Shown here one piece after another: positions 52,161-64,000 of a DNA stretch of 64,000 nucleotides. Numbering within the stretch: position 1 is the stretch's first letter; the number at the start of each line of letters is the position of its first letter. Made by a program: the position numbers and the translations under genes. The notes below the pieces were generated by a model. That model was not told the DNA's origin and ran no database searches. It saw only the letters and a program-made list of their open reading frames with translations. This DNA is from Chiloscyllium plagiosum (Eukaryota), in NCBI RefSeq assembly GCF_004010195.1, contig NC_057737.1:13504748-13568747 (forward strand), given 5' to 3'.

Positions 52161-52430
52161 GGAGAGTCTAGGATCAGAGGATACAAGCTGAGTAAGTGAT
52201 CACTCATTTAAGACAGATGAAGATTTTTTTTATGTAAGGGTAGTGACTCTGTGGAACTCTATTGCACAAAGCTGTTAAACTGGGTCATTAAGCATATTCA
52301 AGGCTGAGATAGACAATTTTAATTAGTAAGGAAAGCAAGGGTTATGGGCAAAATGGAATTGAGAATTATTAGATCAACCATGATCTCATTGAGTGGCAGA
52401 ATAGACTTGATGGTCTACATCTGCTAGTGT
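52130..52430 (+). mobile_element. CR1-type 3' end continuing from the minisatellite
   Basis: LVGESRIRGYKL, then gtggaactctattgcacaaag..attcaaggctgagatagac and the CR1 tail. Confidence 0.75.
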
Positions 52431-53619
52431 CTTTCTGTCATGGATGTCACAGTTCAGAATTTGAATTCACCCTTTGATCAATACTGTTCAATAGCTATTT
52501 GCTGTTATGCAACCCAAACCAAATTACTCTTCAATTAAAGGGAATGGAAGCAGGCACCAAAGGAGGGCAACAGCAATTATGTTTATCAATCTGGGAGAAC
52601 AGAATGATAATTGGTTTCATCTGGCAAGTTAGGCAATTAGTGTGGCACTCGCTTCATAAGTCAGAACACCTCATTATTGTACAAAGAAATGTACTTTGTG
52701 TGTTCTCAGTGTATTCCTCACAGGCAGTGTAGAGGTTTATTTGCAATCCTTCTCCCATTGGACCTCGGTCAGCTGGAGCAAGGGGAAATACAGAGCGAAT
52801 GCTTTGGTGGATTTGTCACTGGTGCTGTTGGGTGATGAACTGATATTTTGTTTATTTTGACAAATAGGAGTTGAAATCTGGGCCAAGGGAAAAATAACAA
52901 TTTGAGGTTGGGCTCTACTTAGTTTGCCACTAGCAACAGTGATGTTAACTAATTTGAAATAAACAAAACCTACTGTGTGGATGCTGCCAGCTCAACCCTC
53001 CAATGGCTGAAGATTCTTATGAATGGTACCTGTGCACTTCTGTATCACAAACAGTTTCATTAGAAGACTTTATCGCGGAAGACCTTGTGTTTGTACAGTC
53101 TTTAAACAAGCTTCATTGCACTCCACAATGAATTCATTGTGTTTAGTGTATTAACCAGAGGCAGGGGGGCTGAGACACCAGCAGATGTGAGGAACGGGTG
53201 ACTGCAGTGGGGCAAGATTGGCTGAGCTGGTCTCGCTCTCTCTGTGCGATCTCAACAGAGGATGCTTCCATGTCAGAGAACTGACAAATCCTATCCTAAT
53301 TGCTTAGTTGCTGGGATCTTGTTTTCCTGAATTCTTAATATTTCTGAGAGGGAAAAAGGGGATTTAATGTCTATTGAGTTCAGTTGGACACTTTTAGATT
53401 GAAATTGTCTATTATATATTGAAACCTGTAATCACATAAATCTGTTTGGGCTACCTGCAGTTTGTTATGGTCAACACCTCAAAAACTTTAGACCTTCTAA
53501 ATTCTTATTGGCAAAAATATAAATACGAAAATTAATCCATCAGGGTGGTTGGAAGACCAGGATAAAAGAAAGTTTCACAATTTCACCAGTGATTATTTGA
53601 TTTGCTCACTCAGGTGTAA

Positions 53620-53748
53620 ATCTTCGAGGAGAAAGTGAGGTCTGCAGATGCTGGAGATCAAAGTTGAAACTTCATTGCTGGAACAGCACAGCAGGTCAGG
53701 NNNNCCTGGATGCTGCCTGACCTGCTGTGCTGTTCCAGCAATAAAGTT
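53620..53748. mobile_element. Inverted PLE pLTR pair around a small gap, with 14-bp TSD
   Basis: Arms tgaaacttcattgctggaacagcacagcaggtcagg / cctgacctgctgtgctgttccagcaataaagtttca; TSD tcactcaggtgtaa at 53606-53619 and 53749-53762. Confidence 0.7.
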
Positions 53749-53801
53749 TCACTCAGGTGTAACCCAAGCAATTGGCGACACATTCCAGAACAACACATTG
53801 A

Positions 53802-54046
53802 CTCATACAGCACGGAAACAGACCCTTTGGTCCAACTCATTCATTCCTAAACTGACTAAGTCCCATTTGCCAGCATTTCGCCCATTTCCATCTAAACCCT
53901 TCATATTCACAAACAGATGCCTTTTAAATGGTGTTACTGTACCCACCTCCACCACTTCCCCTGGCAGCTAACTCCATACACACATCACCCTCTGCATGAA
54001 AAAGTTGGTCCTGAGGTCCCTTTTAAATCTTTCCCCTCTCATCTTG
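53802..54046 (-). mobile_element. CR1-type 3' end
   Basis: tcatacagcacggaaacagaccctttgg...ccacctccaccacttcccctggcagc..ccctctg..aaaaagttg..ctgaggtcccttttaaatc; same family as 2975-3680. Confidence 0.75.
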
Positions 54047-56424
54047 AACATCTCTTACTACACTGGATCAACAGCCTCAGATCTGTGTGTTGTCAGAAAC
54101 ATTGTCAATAATATTAAACCGTAGAAAAGCTGGAGCAGTTTCAGTGCCACTGAGGCCCTGTTTACCAGCAAGTAGATCGCCAGAAATATGACTCTTCACA
54201 GTTGTTTAATGATGTGTGTACACAGTGCCAGGCTTACTCAAAGACAGAGTCTGACAGCTCCAGTAATGCCAGCACTTTCTGAAAGGCCATAATGACAGTC
54301 TTTGTTGCTTGGAGACATTGCAGGAAAAGCACACTCTGGAGTCAGATAAAATGTCTGTTTTACTACCCCAATAGAAGTATGATGGATTTTTCATACCTTT
54401 TTGGAAGGGGGTTGGTGTGGGGAGGAAGAGCATGAAAGCAAAGAGAAATGGATACAGCTGTGTTAGTGCTAAATCTTCTACAGAATAGTTTGATGATCCT
54501 AATGGCTCATTCAGGATGAAGTACAGACTTACAGTATTGCCCAGCTGTTCTCTAACATAACCCAAAGCCCTACACATTAGTGGAAGTATTTTTATGTTTT
54601 CTACCACAGGGGTGAATAGCCATGGAAGATTCTACTTTACACTGTGCCCAGTGACTGTACCGAAGGTTAATATAATCTGGCAGCATTTAAATAGATTGAG
54701 TAATGCCAGAGCAAGCAACTCATAAGAGAACGTGTGTGGATGGGTGGTGGGAGGGCTTTAAAACAGCCAAGCTAGGTTGTGATAACAAACCCAACCTTGG
54801 CCCCCAAAATCAGAAATTCAGCCCAATAGCTCTCAATTTACAGAGATCCCACTGGGAGGGTCTGATCGAGAATCAGCCCAGCATAAAATGTGGGTGATCT
54901 CTGTTGCCCATCACCGGGCTGGACTCAACAACAATAATTTGTATTTTTGTTGCCTCTTTAACTGAATAAAACAGCCATTGTGCTTCATAAGAAATTTATT
55001 GGTTGGTGAGCAAAAAGGTTTCATGGAATTTAAATTTTATATTCCTCTTCATAGCACTGCTAATTCACTTGGAACTTCTCATATTTAATCCATTTTTAAA
55101 TTTAGACTATATTCTATTGCTGAGCCTTAATCCAGAAATTGCTTTTGACTGCTGGAATAATCGTAGCTCCAAGGTGAAGGTTTTCTGCCAGAACCAAATT
55201 AAAAAGAATAATTCCTTTTGCAGCTCAGAGGCATTTGTGCGGTTTCTAGATGCATTCCTTTGTAAAACCACACATTCTCCCTCGCTCTCCCCCCACGCAC
55301 ACCCACCCCCACACCCACACTGTGAAGTTGGAGGTAGTGTTAAAGTAGATGTTTGTGAGGAACACATTGTTAATCTTATGGTCAGTTTAGACAAAGTTAG
55401 CTCACAACCAGCTATGCAGAGATAAAACAAACTCTCCCATATACTTTATAATAAAAATCTCAGAAATTTAACAGATTCTATTTTCACTTTGCAGCATACT
55501 GAATTATCATATCTAGCAACTGTTAGCTTTTTAAAAAGACTCAGATGTATAATAAATTGTAAATGACCCCAGGATGTCCCAAAACACTTTATAGCCAATA
55601 AAGTCCAGGACATTGACCCAGCGATGAAGGAATTATTGTATTTCCATGTCAGGATGGTATGGGTCATGGAAGGAATTGGCAGTTCCCATATGCCTGTTGC
55701 TTTCATTCTTTGAGGTGGTACAGGTCATGACTTAGAAAGGTGTTGTGGCAGGAGCCTTGATGAGTTTCTGCAGTGTATAGTGCAGGTGGTACATATTGCT
55801 GCTACTTCATGCTGGTGGTATAAGGAGTATATGTTTCAGATGGTGAATGAGGTGCCAATCAACAGGGTTACTTACCCTAGTAGAGGACATTGGTCTTTTG
55901 GACTGTTGTCAGAATTGCCCTGCTTCAGACAAATGGAGAGCATTCCATTACAATTGTGCTTTGGCAGAAAGGTTTTGAAAAGTCAGGAAGCAAGTTATTT
56001 GCCAGAGAATTCCTTGTCTGTCTCTGCTTGTGATCAGTGTTTTTTTGTTGTGGATGGTTGAGCAAATTCTCTACCTCAGAGAGTTGCACAGGCTAGATGA
56101 CTGGAAATATTTAATGCATAGGTAGATACATCTTTGAAATGTCAAAGAGTGGAGAGCTAGGAGGAATTCATAGCAGTTCAGCCACGCTCTTATAGAATAG
56201 TAAGATAGGCTTGAGGAGCTGAATGGCCTACTCTTGCTCTTATGTTATGTTTATTTCTGGTTAAAGGTAAACACCCCAGGCCCTTAAATGTGCTGGAAAT
56301 TCAGAGATGGTAATATTACTCAAAGGCAAGAGGTGGAGAAAACTTCTTTTGCTGGACCTGGGCATTGTCCGGAATCTCCATGGTACAAATATTATTTCTC
56401 ATTTGTTGACCCAAGTCCAAATGT

Positions 56425-57140
56425 TATGGAGATTGATGTGGAGGTGTTGGGCTGGGGTGGACAAAGTCAGAAGAATTTACTAATACAGAAGTGTGGTGGT
56501 GTCACATGTAGCAAGATCATGGTTGAGGCAGTTTTCATTGGTACAGAGCTTGGCTATCAGTTTCTGCACGGCGATTCTGCGTTGTTGCATATCTTGGAGG
56601 ATGCTTACCCGAAGATTGAAGGCTGAATGTCCTTGTCTGCTGAAGTGTTGCCCGACTGACATGGAACATTCCTCCCCAGCAATTGTTGTGCAGTGTCCAT
56701 TCGTTCGTTGTCATAGCATATGCATGGTCTCGCCAATATACCATGCCTCTGGGCGTCCTTGCCTGCGGCCTATGAGGTAGGCAACGAAGGCTAAGTCACA
56801 TGAGAATCTGCCATGCACGTGGTGGGTGGCATTCCCACGTGTGATAGTAGTATCCAGGTCTGCCTTAATTAATCAGATTATACATTATCCTTTCACTTGT
56901 TATTCAACTGATAACACTTTACTCACACCGTCTGACACTCTTGATCATCTGCAGAGACTTGTTATTTAGCTTGTCAACACTCTTCATACCATCTCTATGA
57001 TCTTTTGAGCTCTCTGATTATAAATTCTGTGCCCATGTGGCTTCTCTTCACTTCAGCTGATGAAGTAGTAGCACTTCAGAAGCTTGCGATTTCAAATAAA
57101 CCTGTTGGGACTATAACCTAATGTTGTGTGCCTTCTGGCG
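56425..57140 (-). mobile_element. Penelope-like element: GIY-YIG endonuclease fragment (minus) plus inverted pLTR
   Basis: Minus reading CRQGRPEAWYIGETM..RMNGH..VGQHFSRQGHS..LRVSILQ..RRIAVQKLIAKL..LNHD; pLTR tail aaataaacctgttgg(g)actataacct at ~57095, shared with the 62 kb element. Confidence 0.75.
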
Positions 57141-57340
57141 TTATCCAAGCACAGACTGCATCCGTATCTAAAACATTGAGAATAGAACTGTACACTCTAC
57201 GATAAGCAAATATCCCCACTCTGATCTTGTGATGTAGGGAGGTCATCGTTCCAATAGTTATGATGGGTAGGTAAATCACTTCCTACAGGATTCCTGCATC
57301 AAATTTCCTGGTGCTGAGATAATTGACCTCCAACAATTCA

Positions 57341-57811
57341 AGATTACAAAGACGTTGCCAGGGTTGGAGGATTTGAGCCATAGGGAAAAGCTGAACAGGC
57401 TGGGGCTGTTTTCCCTGGAGCGTTGGAGGCTGAGGGGTGACCTTATAGAGGTTTACAAAATCATGAAGGGCATGGATAGGGTAATAAGGCAAAGTCTTGT
57501 CCCTGAGGTCAGGGAGTCCAGAACTAGAGGGCATAGGTTTAGGGCAAGAGGGGAAAGATATAAAAGAGACCTAAGGGGCAACGTTTTCATGTGGAGGAAG
57601 GTACGGATATGGAATGAGGTGCTAGAGGATGTGGTGGAGGCTGGTACAATTGCAACATTTAAGAGGCATTTGGATAGGTATATGAATAGAAAGGGTTTGG
57701 GGGGATATGGGCCAGGTGCTGGCAGGTGGGACTGGATTGGGTTGGGATATCTGGTCGGCATGGACAGGTTGGACTGAAGAGTCGGTTTCCATGCTGTACA
57801 TCTCTATAACT
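57341..57811 (+). mobile_element. CR1-type LINE 3' fragment
   Basis: ORF 57355-57777 PGLEDLSHREKLNRLGLFSLERWRLRGDLIEVYKIM plus tail. Confidence 0.9.
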
Positions 57812-60800
57812 CTGATATGATTAAGGAGCTGCAGTATACATGCAAGCTAGGAGAGTGTGTGATGTGGAAGGAAATTTGGAGCTAGCAATCCTCTGCTTAC
57901 AACAACGTAAACATTGAATGCAGCTACTTAAGCCTTAATATGCATCGTAACTGGAGAATCAGACCATTTTTAACTTAATTTAAGGCACTGTTTAAGCACC
58001 CATGTACAAGCAATTACCATGCAAATTAATGACATTGCCTGTTGCAGTTTGAAATGCTTTCCCAGTGATCAGTTTAGAAATATTTAAAATGAACATTGGA
58101 CAAAATCTTGGTTCTTCAAACAAGCTGCATTTTTCCCCATCTTATTTGATATGTCATAAAGATCTTCAAGCAAACTTTCAGTAAGGCATTCAGACAATAT
58201 TTTGAAATCTCACGCCTGATGCACAGCACTTCTTGCTAAGTTGGCTACAGTTTGGGAGTTAGGGCACTTGTTTCTCTGATTGCCACTGTTTGCCCCCAAT
58301 CCCCAGACCACAATTTTTTTTTCCTTTAGCTTTAACTGGTGTAGAACTGGATGTGATAGGTATCTGAATTCCTGCTAACTCCTTCCAATCAGAGATTCCA
58401 CATTGCAGAAGAACTAGGAGGAGGAGTAAACAAGCCCATTGAGCCTGCTCCACCATTCACTACCATCATGGATGACCTCAGCCCCAACTCCATTTTCCTG
58501 CCTGCTCTCCAACATAGTCACATGGTACTCACCCATTCATTTTTATAAAGTTAGTCTTTGTATTTGCATCACCTTCACAGTACCTTTTCCTTCTTTGCAG
58601 ATTTGGATTTGACAACTCACAGTAACTGAGTAGCAGTGGTGTTCAGCCATAATTCAGGCTAGGGATTGGAATTTAACCTTGCAAAGGAGAAAGATAATTT
58701 AGTTAATCAATCACTAAAAATGTATTTCATACGAAACAGGGGGATTTAGCTATCTTTTAATTATTTTAATGTAACAGAGCACTGAGGGAAATGATGATAT
58801 TATGGTCATGTCTTTTTATTTAAAATGTATTTAACTGGTTGATCAAGACACGACTCATTTACAAGACACTATTACACAAGTTTTAGTCTCATACGGTTTT
58901 ACATTTATCTTGAATGACAATTAAAGAACAGTCCAATAAATCAAAATAAGTACATCTTCTCCGATTTGCTACTTCCAAATACTGTTTACAAGTCCAAACC
59001 TTTCATAAAAGATGCAACTTTAAAAAAAAATCCTCTTTTCTTGTGGAGGTTCATACTTGCTGTGTTACAGCTCAACAGGTGACAGCACCTCTCTGATACC
59101 TCACTCACATGGCCACTCAAGTCTAGGTTGTGAGCATCAGAGCATCTTGATCAGAGATAATGCAGTCCTGAGTTGGATATTCTCTCTCACACATAGATTC
59201 ACAGCTCTTCCAGAATGTCATCAGAAGTGTACGCTCTGGTTGATTTTTCTGTTGCATGCTCAGGCACTTACACCTAACCGCTGACCAACAAACACAGTTA
59301 AGACAGAGAATCGGGCATGTGTTCTTTTTGGCAACGGAATGCTCTTACTGTGATTCAGCAATCAACAGTATTCAGATTACTTCAAATAACAAACCTTATC
59401 CCTAAAGTAAAAGTTATGCAAAGTCAAACTGTAAGCTGGACATAGATGGAAACAATCTACTGTAACCATTCCCTATTTTAGAATCGCTGGAGTTAACCAA
59501 CAAAACACAATTTGGATTATGCCAATAATTCAATGCGGTTTCAGTCATGTGGAATTAATTATATTCATCGCCCAAAGTTTACTCGCCTAAGGGCCTGCAA
59601 CAATGAATTTATAGACCAAAGAACAGCAGCCTTGAAATAACATTATGCCATAGTTGAATGTGACATTCAAATGACATTCCTTTGCACGCAGTTTTACAAA
59701 GCTTTAACAATTAAAGTGAACAGATAAGACTACCATTGAAGTAACAAGTAAAGAAATACAATGCAGAGGGATCAAATATTTTGCATGCAAGTGTCACATG
59801 GTATAAGTTCAAGGTGATAGTGTTTTATGGCAGTGTTCTCAATAATAGGTTCTGGACAAAAATCAACAATATACAATCGCTCCTTTTTTCCCTTCTTGGC
59901 TGCTTTAGTAAGCTGTTTAATTAAATCAATTATTTATATTTATGTTTGCTTATATTAATATTAAAACTGATTATAATCAGTTAATTGACACAACCCTAAA
60001 TATCACGCCAACACAAATAAACACCGACAAATGAGATAAATATATCTTTACTGGCCTGCACAATGAAATAATATGCAAACAGCTCCAACACTGCAGTTAT
60101 CACCCAAAAATACACCACAGGCTCAACACAGCATCACACAAGGTTTAAACCGTTCTGCATTTCTGAACTGTACACCCATGTTGGAAGTAGTGAAACTGGA
60201 CATAAATCAGAAATAAGTAACATAAAATTTACATCCTGAAATCAAATATATAAAAGTCCAGTGGAAGAACCCAGATTTAAATAAACTTAAGTGCTACACA
60301 AACCAGGGAAAATTAAGAAAATCCATTCCAAGATAAACTATGTTGCTTGTAAGGCTTTTCATTTACACTGGGACATAAAGCAAGATGGATATTGTTTCTC
60401 CAGACACAGCCAGTGTAAAAGACAATAATAATGGAGCCAAGTACCAAGACTGATTTCTCTAAACATTGGTTTACCACAGAGTTTTTGCTTTCTTTAGGGT
60501 TGTGAATATCTCCCTCAATTCCAAAGTTTTTGCTTTGGACCAGGCTGTGAATACAAAGTTTATGGTGTAGCTTGCAATCCCATAGCCAGTCTGGGCAGTG
60601 GTCACCAATGCCTTGCATATTGTTTCAGTGGATGGTATTAGGTTTCCTCACAAATATCAAATGGCCACCTACAAAGCTTTAACGTGTTTTTTGAAGTAAA
60701 AAGTGGCGTGTTTCTTATTCTTGCACAAAACAACAAAAATATTTTACTTAAGTCTCAAAGGCAAATGATTGAAAGCTGCATGCAATAGGTATTCAACAGG

Positions 60801-62146
60801 TCTATTCAGTAAAAAGAACCGGTCTTACTCCTTCACGTCTGACACCCCAGAGCAGTCTGCATCGGTGAAGAGCAGTTACTGAATTTACTTAATTCCAGTA
60901 TCTTGTGTCAGTAATTATTTTATTAAAATCTGAAGTTTTAACACAAGTTCCAAAGACTTTCCCCAATGGGTGCAGAATTGTGCTGCACATTTTTAGAATT
61001 TTTGATCTTGGTTCTATTTCTGGTGAATTAGTTCTGCTTAACAGATCACAGTTGGGCCACATTAACCGGGCAGATGATCAGGATGGGGGCGGGGAGAGAA
61101 GAGGAGAGGAATAAGACATCTCAAAGGTTCCATTCCTGATTGCTACCCAGGTGTCTTCTGGATGTAAGACAAAAGAGATTATTGATGGGGACGTGCTGGA
61201 CTGTACTGCTCCCTTTGGTAGAACAACCTACGAACATTCACTGCCTGGAACACTGCACCTGAATAAGTTATTGACAGGCTGCATATATCTATGAAACTGT
61301 ACCCAGCAAGCATTAGTGCCTTCACAAGACAGAGAATAAATTAGTGTATAAACGTGAAACAGTATTCACCCCATTAGGTATATTTATCTGTGTGTTAGAG
61401 TGTAACAGAGAGAGAAGTTACTGTTTTTTTAAACCAGGTTTAAAATATTGTGCATTGGCAAGTTTAAAAATTTTTATTATATCCCCATATCTTTGAAGTC
61501 CTTTGCATGAATTGACAATGACTGTTCAAGTTTAACACTGAGCAGTTCCAAAGGAATTACAGTCTACTCAATAATTCAAACCTATTTTTTGCGCTAGATA
61601 ACTTAAATGATCTGATTTAAATTAAGCGTTGGAATGTAGTGCAAACACATTGAACTGTCAGAAATTTGAATAAAGTTACTCTGAATAATTGTAGCCTATA
61701 CATGTTGATACAAGTAAAATTGTTCTGACAACAGTACTGCATTATTATGAATTCCATAAGGAATACAGTAGAATTTTATTTACAGAAAAACCAGAAAATG
61801 CAACCTAGCAGTTCCAAAAACAGTTTCTCGCCCCCTATAACAGAAATCCTGCTTGTAAGTGTTTTTGTTATGGTGGTAAGGATATGATATATTTAACAGC
61901 TTCTGCTCTCAAAATAATAGAAATGAACTGCTCAGGAAATTTAAAATCTCACTTATTTTGAAACCAGCATCAACAACAATTTTTCTCAGATCAGACTGAG
62001 TATGGGTTTTATACAAAGGTACAGTTCTTATCATTCACTCCCAATAGCCAGTTTCATCCTTCAATACTGGGCTGATGAGAATTACAACTTTTTCCATTGC
62101 TTAATGCTGTGGGGCAGTATATGTTATGAGCACCTACTTATTTGGA

Positions 62147-62351
62147 TTTGCAGATGCCAGTGTTGGACTGGGGTGTACAAAGTTAAAAATCACAACACCA
62201 GGTTATAGTCCAACAGGTTTATTTGGAAGCACTAACTTTCGGAGCGCTGCTCCTTCATCAGGTGTTTGATGAAGGAGCAGCGCTCTGAAAGCTAGTGCTT
62301 CCAAATAAACCTGTTGGACTATAACCTGGCGTTGTGAGATTTTTAACTTTG
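62147..62351. mobile_element. 205-bp fold-back mini-element of two inverted PLE pLTR arms with hammerhead cores, 10-bp TSD
   Basis: Arms 62179-62260 and 62267-62350 are near-perfect inverted repeats with a 6-nt loop; TSD cttatttgga at 62137-62146 and 62352-62361. Confidence 0.85.
62230..62264 (-). ncRNA. Minimal hammerhead ribozyme motif
   Basis: Minus strand CAC-CTGATGA-A-GGAGC-AGC-GCTCC-GAAA-GTTA-GTG: stem I CAC/GTG, 5-bp stem II, both core boxes and a UA cleavage site. Confidence 0.65.
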
Positions 62352-62913
62352 CTTATTTGGAACTAGTTTGAGACTTACAAATTTATATCACTTGTCACTC
62401 TTCTAGTTCCTGAGGGCTTTCAATGTGAGCACTGCTCAAGATCAAACCCAAGACACAGAGTGAAATAAAAGTATTCTCATTCTCAATGTCCCTAGTCCTT
62501 TTATGCAACACCCAATGGTAATGCTTATCTGTGAATTAGATTATTTGAACTGCCCTTCTCCCACAAGCTCTTCTGTAAGAGATTTTATTTTCTGTATGAG
62601 CAAAGACTGACATTAACTTTAGCATTCAATTCAGAAACTAAGTTAGCACAAACTTTTGACATTCTACTTGGTGAATCAAACACTCAACTACTTGAGTTAC
62701 TGTCCTGCCCTAATTCATTTTAGTTCATTTAAATAGCATGAGGATTTCATAAGCATCCACCATATTTTATGTGTATGTAATGTTGCCTTTTCACAAAGAG
62801 TTAAAAATATATGCAATTATGCTGCAGATATAATAAGTGGTCTGCTTTTGGATCTCTAGGACCACACGGTGAGTAAGGGTATTGGAGACAGTTTGCATTC
62901 ATGGTTCATGTAA

Positions 62914-63115
62914 TCATAGAATCCCTACAGTGTGGATCAGGCCGTTTGGCCCAACAAGTCCACACCGACCATCCAAAGAGTAACCCACTCAGACCCATTC
63001 CCCTACCCTTCTACTCTACATTTTACCCCTGACTAATGCAGCTAATCTCCACATCTCTGGACACTATGGGCAATTTAGCATGGCTAATTCACCTAATCTG
63101 CACATCTTTGGATTC
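62914..63115 (-). mobile_element. HE1-like V-SINE 3' part
   Basis: tcatagaatccctacagtgtgga..aggccgtttggcccaacaagtccacaccgacc...ggacactatgggcaatttagcatggctaattcacctaatctgcacatctttgga; same family as 45392-45705. Confidence 0.7.
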
Positions 63116-64000
63116 TGTTCCATCAAATTATCAACAAGGCAATATCCTGATATCTAGATTCCAATTCCTAATGCAGCAGTGGAACTTTACTGCAATTCAA
63201 CTGCTAACAGCATCATTCTGAAAATTTCTGGAGTGAATTTCAGAAAATACACTCCAGGATGTTACGGAACTTCAACACTGAACATGTTAAATGTACAGTC
63301 TTTCATTTGAATTAAGTGAAATTGTACCAGTCAGTTAAACAATTTGGGTTTCCGTGATCAGTATTTATATGAAATTTCCAGTTGTTCAAGTACATATACT
63401 TAATGGGACCATTCCAATTCTGACAAAACAGGACTATGTTAATTCATGAAGAGCTATGGGCACTGCCTTTATAATTCCAGCCAACTGCTGAGGGGGTCCA
63501 CCACATCAAGCGCTTGGTTCACTTCAGCTCCGTGACTGCATTTGGCCCATTAGGAACACAAAGCTATCCTCTGTGCAAAATACATTAAAACTCGCTGATT
63601 GCAATTTTATACACATTTATGTGAATTCTGAACCTCTTGCGCAGTGGCAGAATGTGAAACTTCTCAGGCAGCTCAGAATTCTGACTCAAACCCAAAGTAA
63701 GAGAAGAGGTGGACAATGAGTAGTTGGGGACAGTCTCTATATTGTGGTTGGTTGGAGACTTCCTCAGCTGGAAAGATGACTGTAATTGCAATAGTGAATT
63801 AACATCTCCAGGAACAAAAACAAGATAAACAGGATGGTTGCTGCTTCTGTGACACAGACTCTGACAGAGAGGAAAGAAGAGTGAGGAGGGGGACAAGATA
63901 TTGAGGATAAGACGCAAGGAGAGGGGAAAAGTTCTTTTGTCACATTAGCAACTGGAAGAGCTGATATTTCAGAAAAGCCCGATCTGTGCAACTTTGAGCT

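Noticed and set aside
60810-60870. Possible small minus-strand exon (ttcag...GA|gtaaga)
   Set aside because: The acceptor lacks a pyrimidine tract and no frame gives a recognisable peptide.

Overview
This is vertebrate genomic DNA, most likely from a cartilaginous fish; the repeat families resemble shark ones (CR1-type LINEs, Penelope-like elements, HE1-like V-SINE, Deu-domain SINEs), so the organism is an inference. Two spliced genes can be reconstructed with canonical GT-AG junctions. LIAT1/C17orf97 is on + (CDS 4882-5053 + 8356-8798, 204 aa). Refilin B/RFLNB is on - (CDS 42130-41915 + 21693-21584 + 19971-19638, 219 aa). They are convergent, as at human 17p13.3. A CpG-rich stretch at ~3740-4400 looks like a bidirectional promoter with an RFX X-box and a candidate minus-strand first exon. 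The rest is transposon-rich. Most notable: (i) short Penelope-derived inserts with 10-14 bp TSDs, several of them fold-backs, with minimal hammerhead ribozyme cores, including a 205-bp TSD-flanked element made only of two inverted arms; (ii) a CpG-rich Tigger/pogo-type MITE in RFLNB intron 2; (iii) a ~1.45 kb 33/35-bp minisatellite derived from CR1 ORF2; (iv) three ~87-101 bp direct duplications bracketing retroelement pieces; (v) a decayed Harbinger-type Myb/SANT gene. No rRNA, tRNA gene or CRISPR array was found. Repeat coordinates are approximate and no database search was run.
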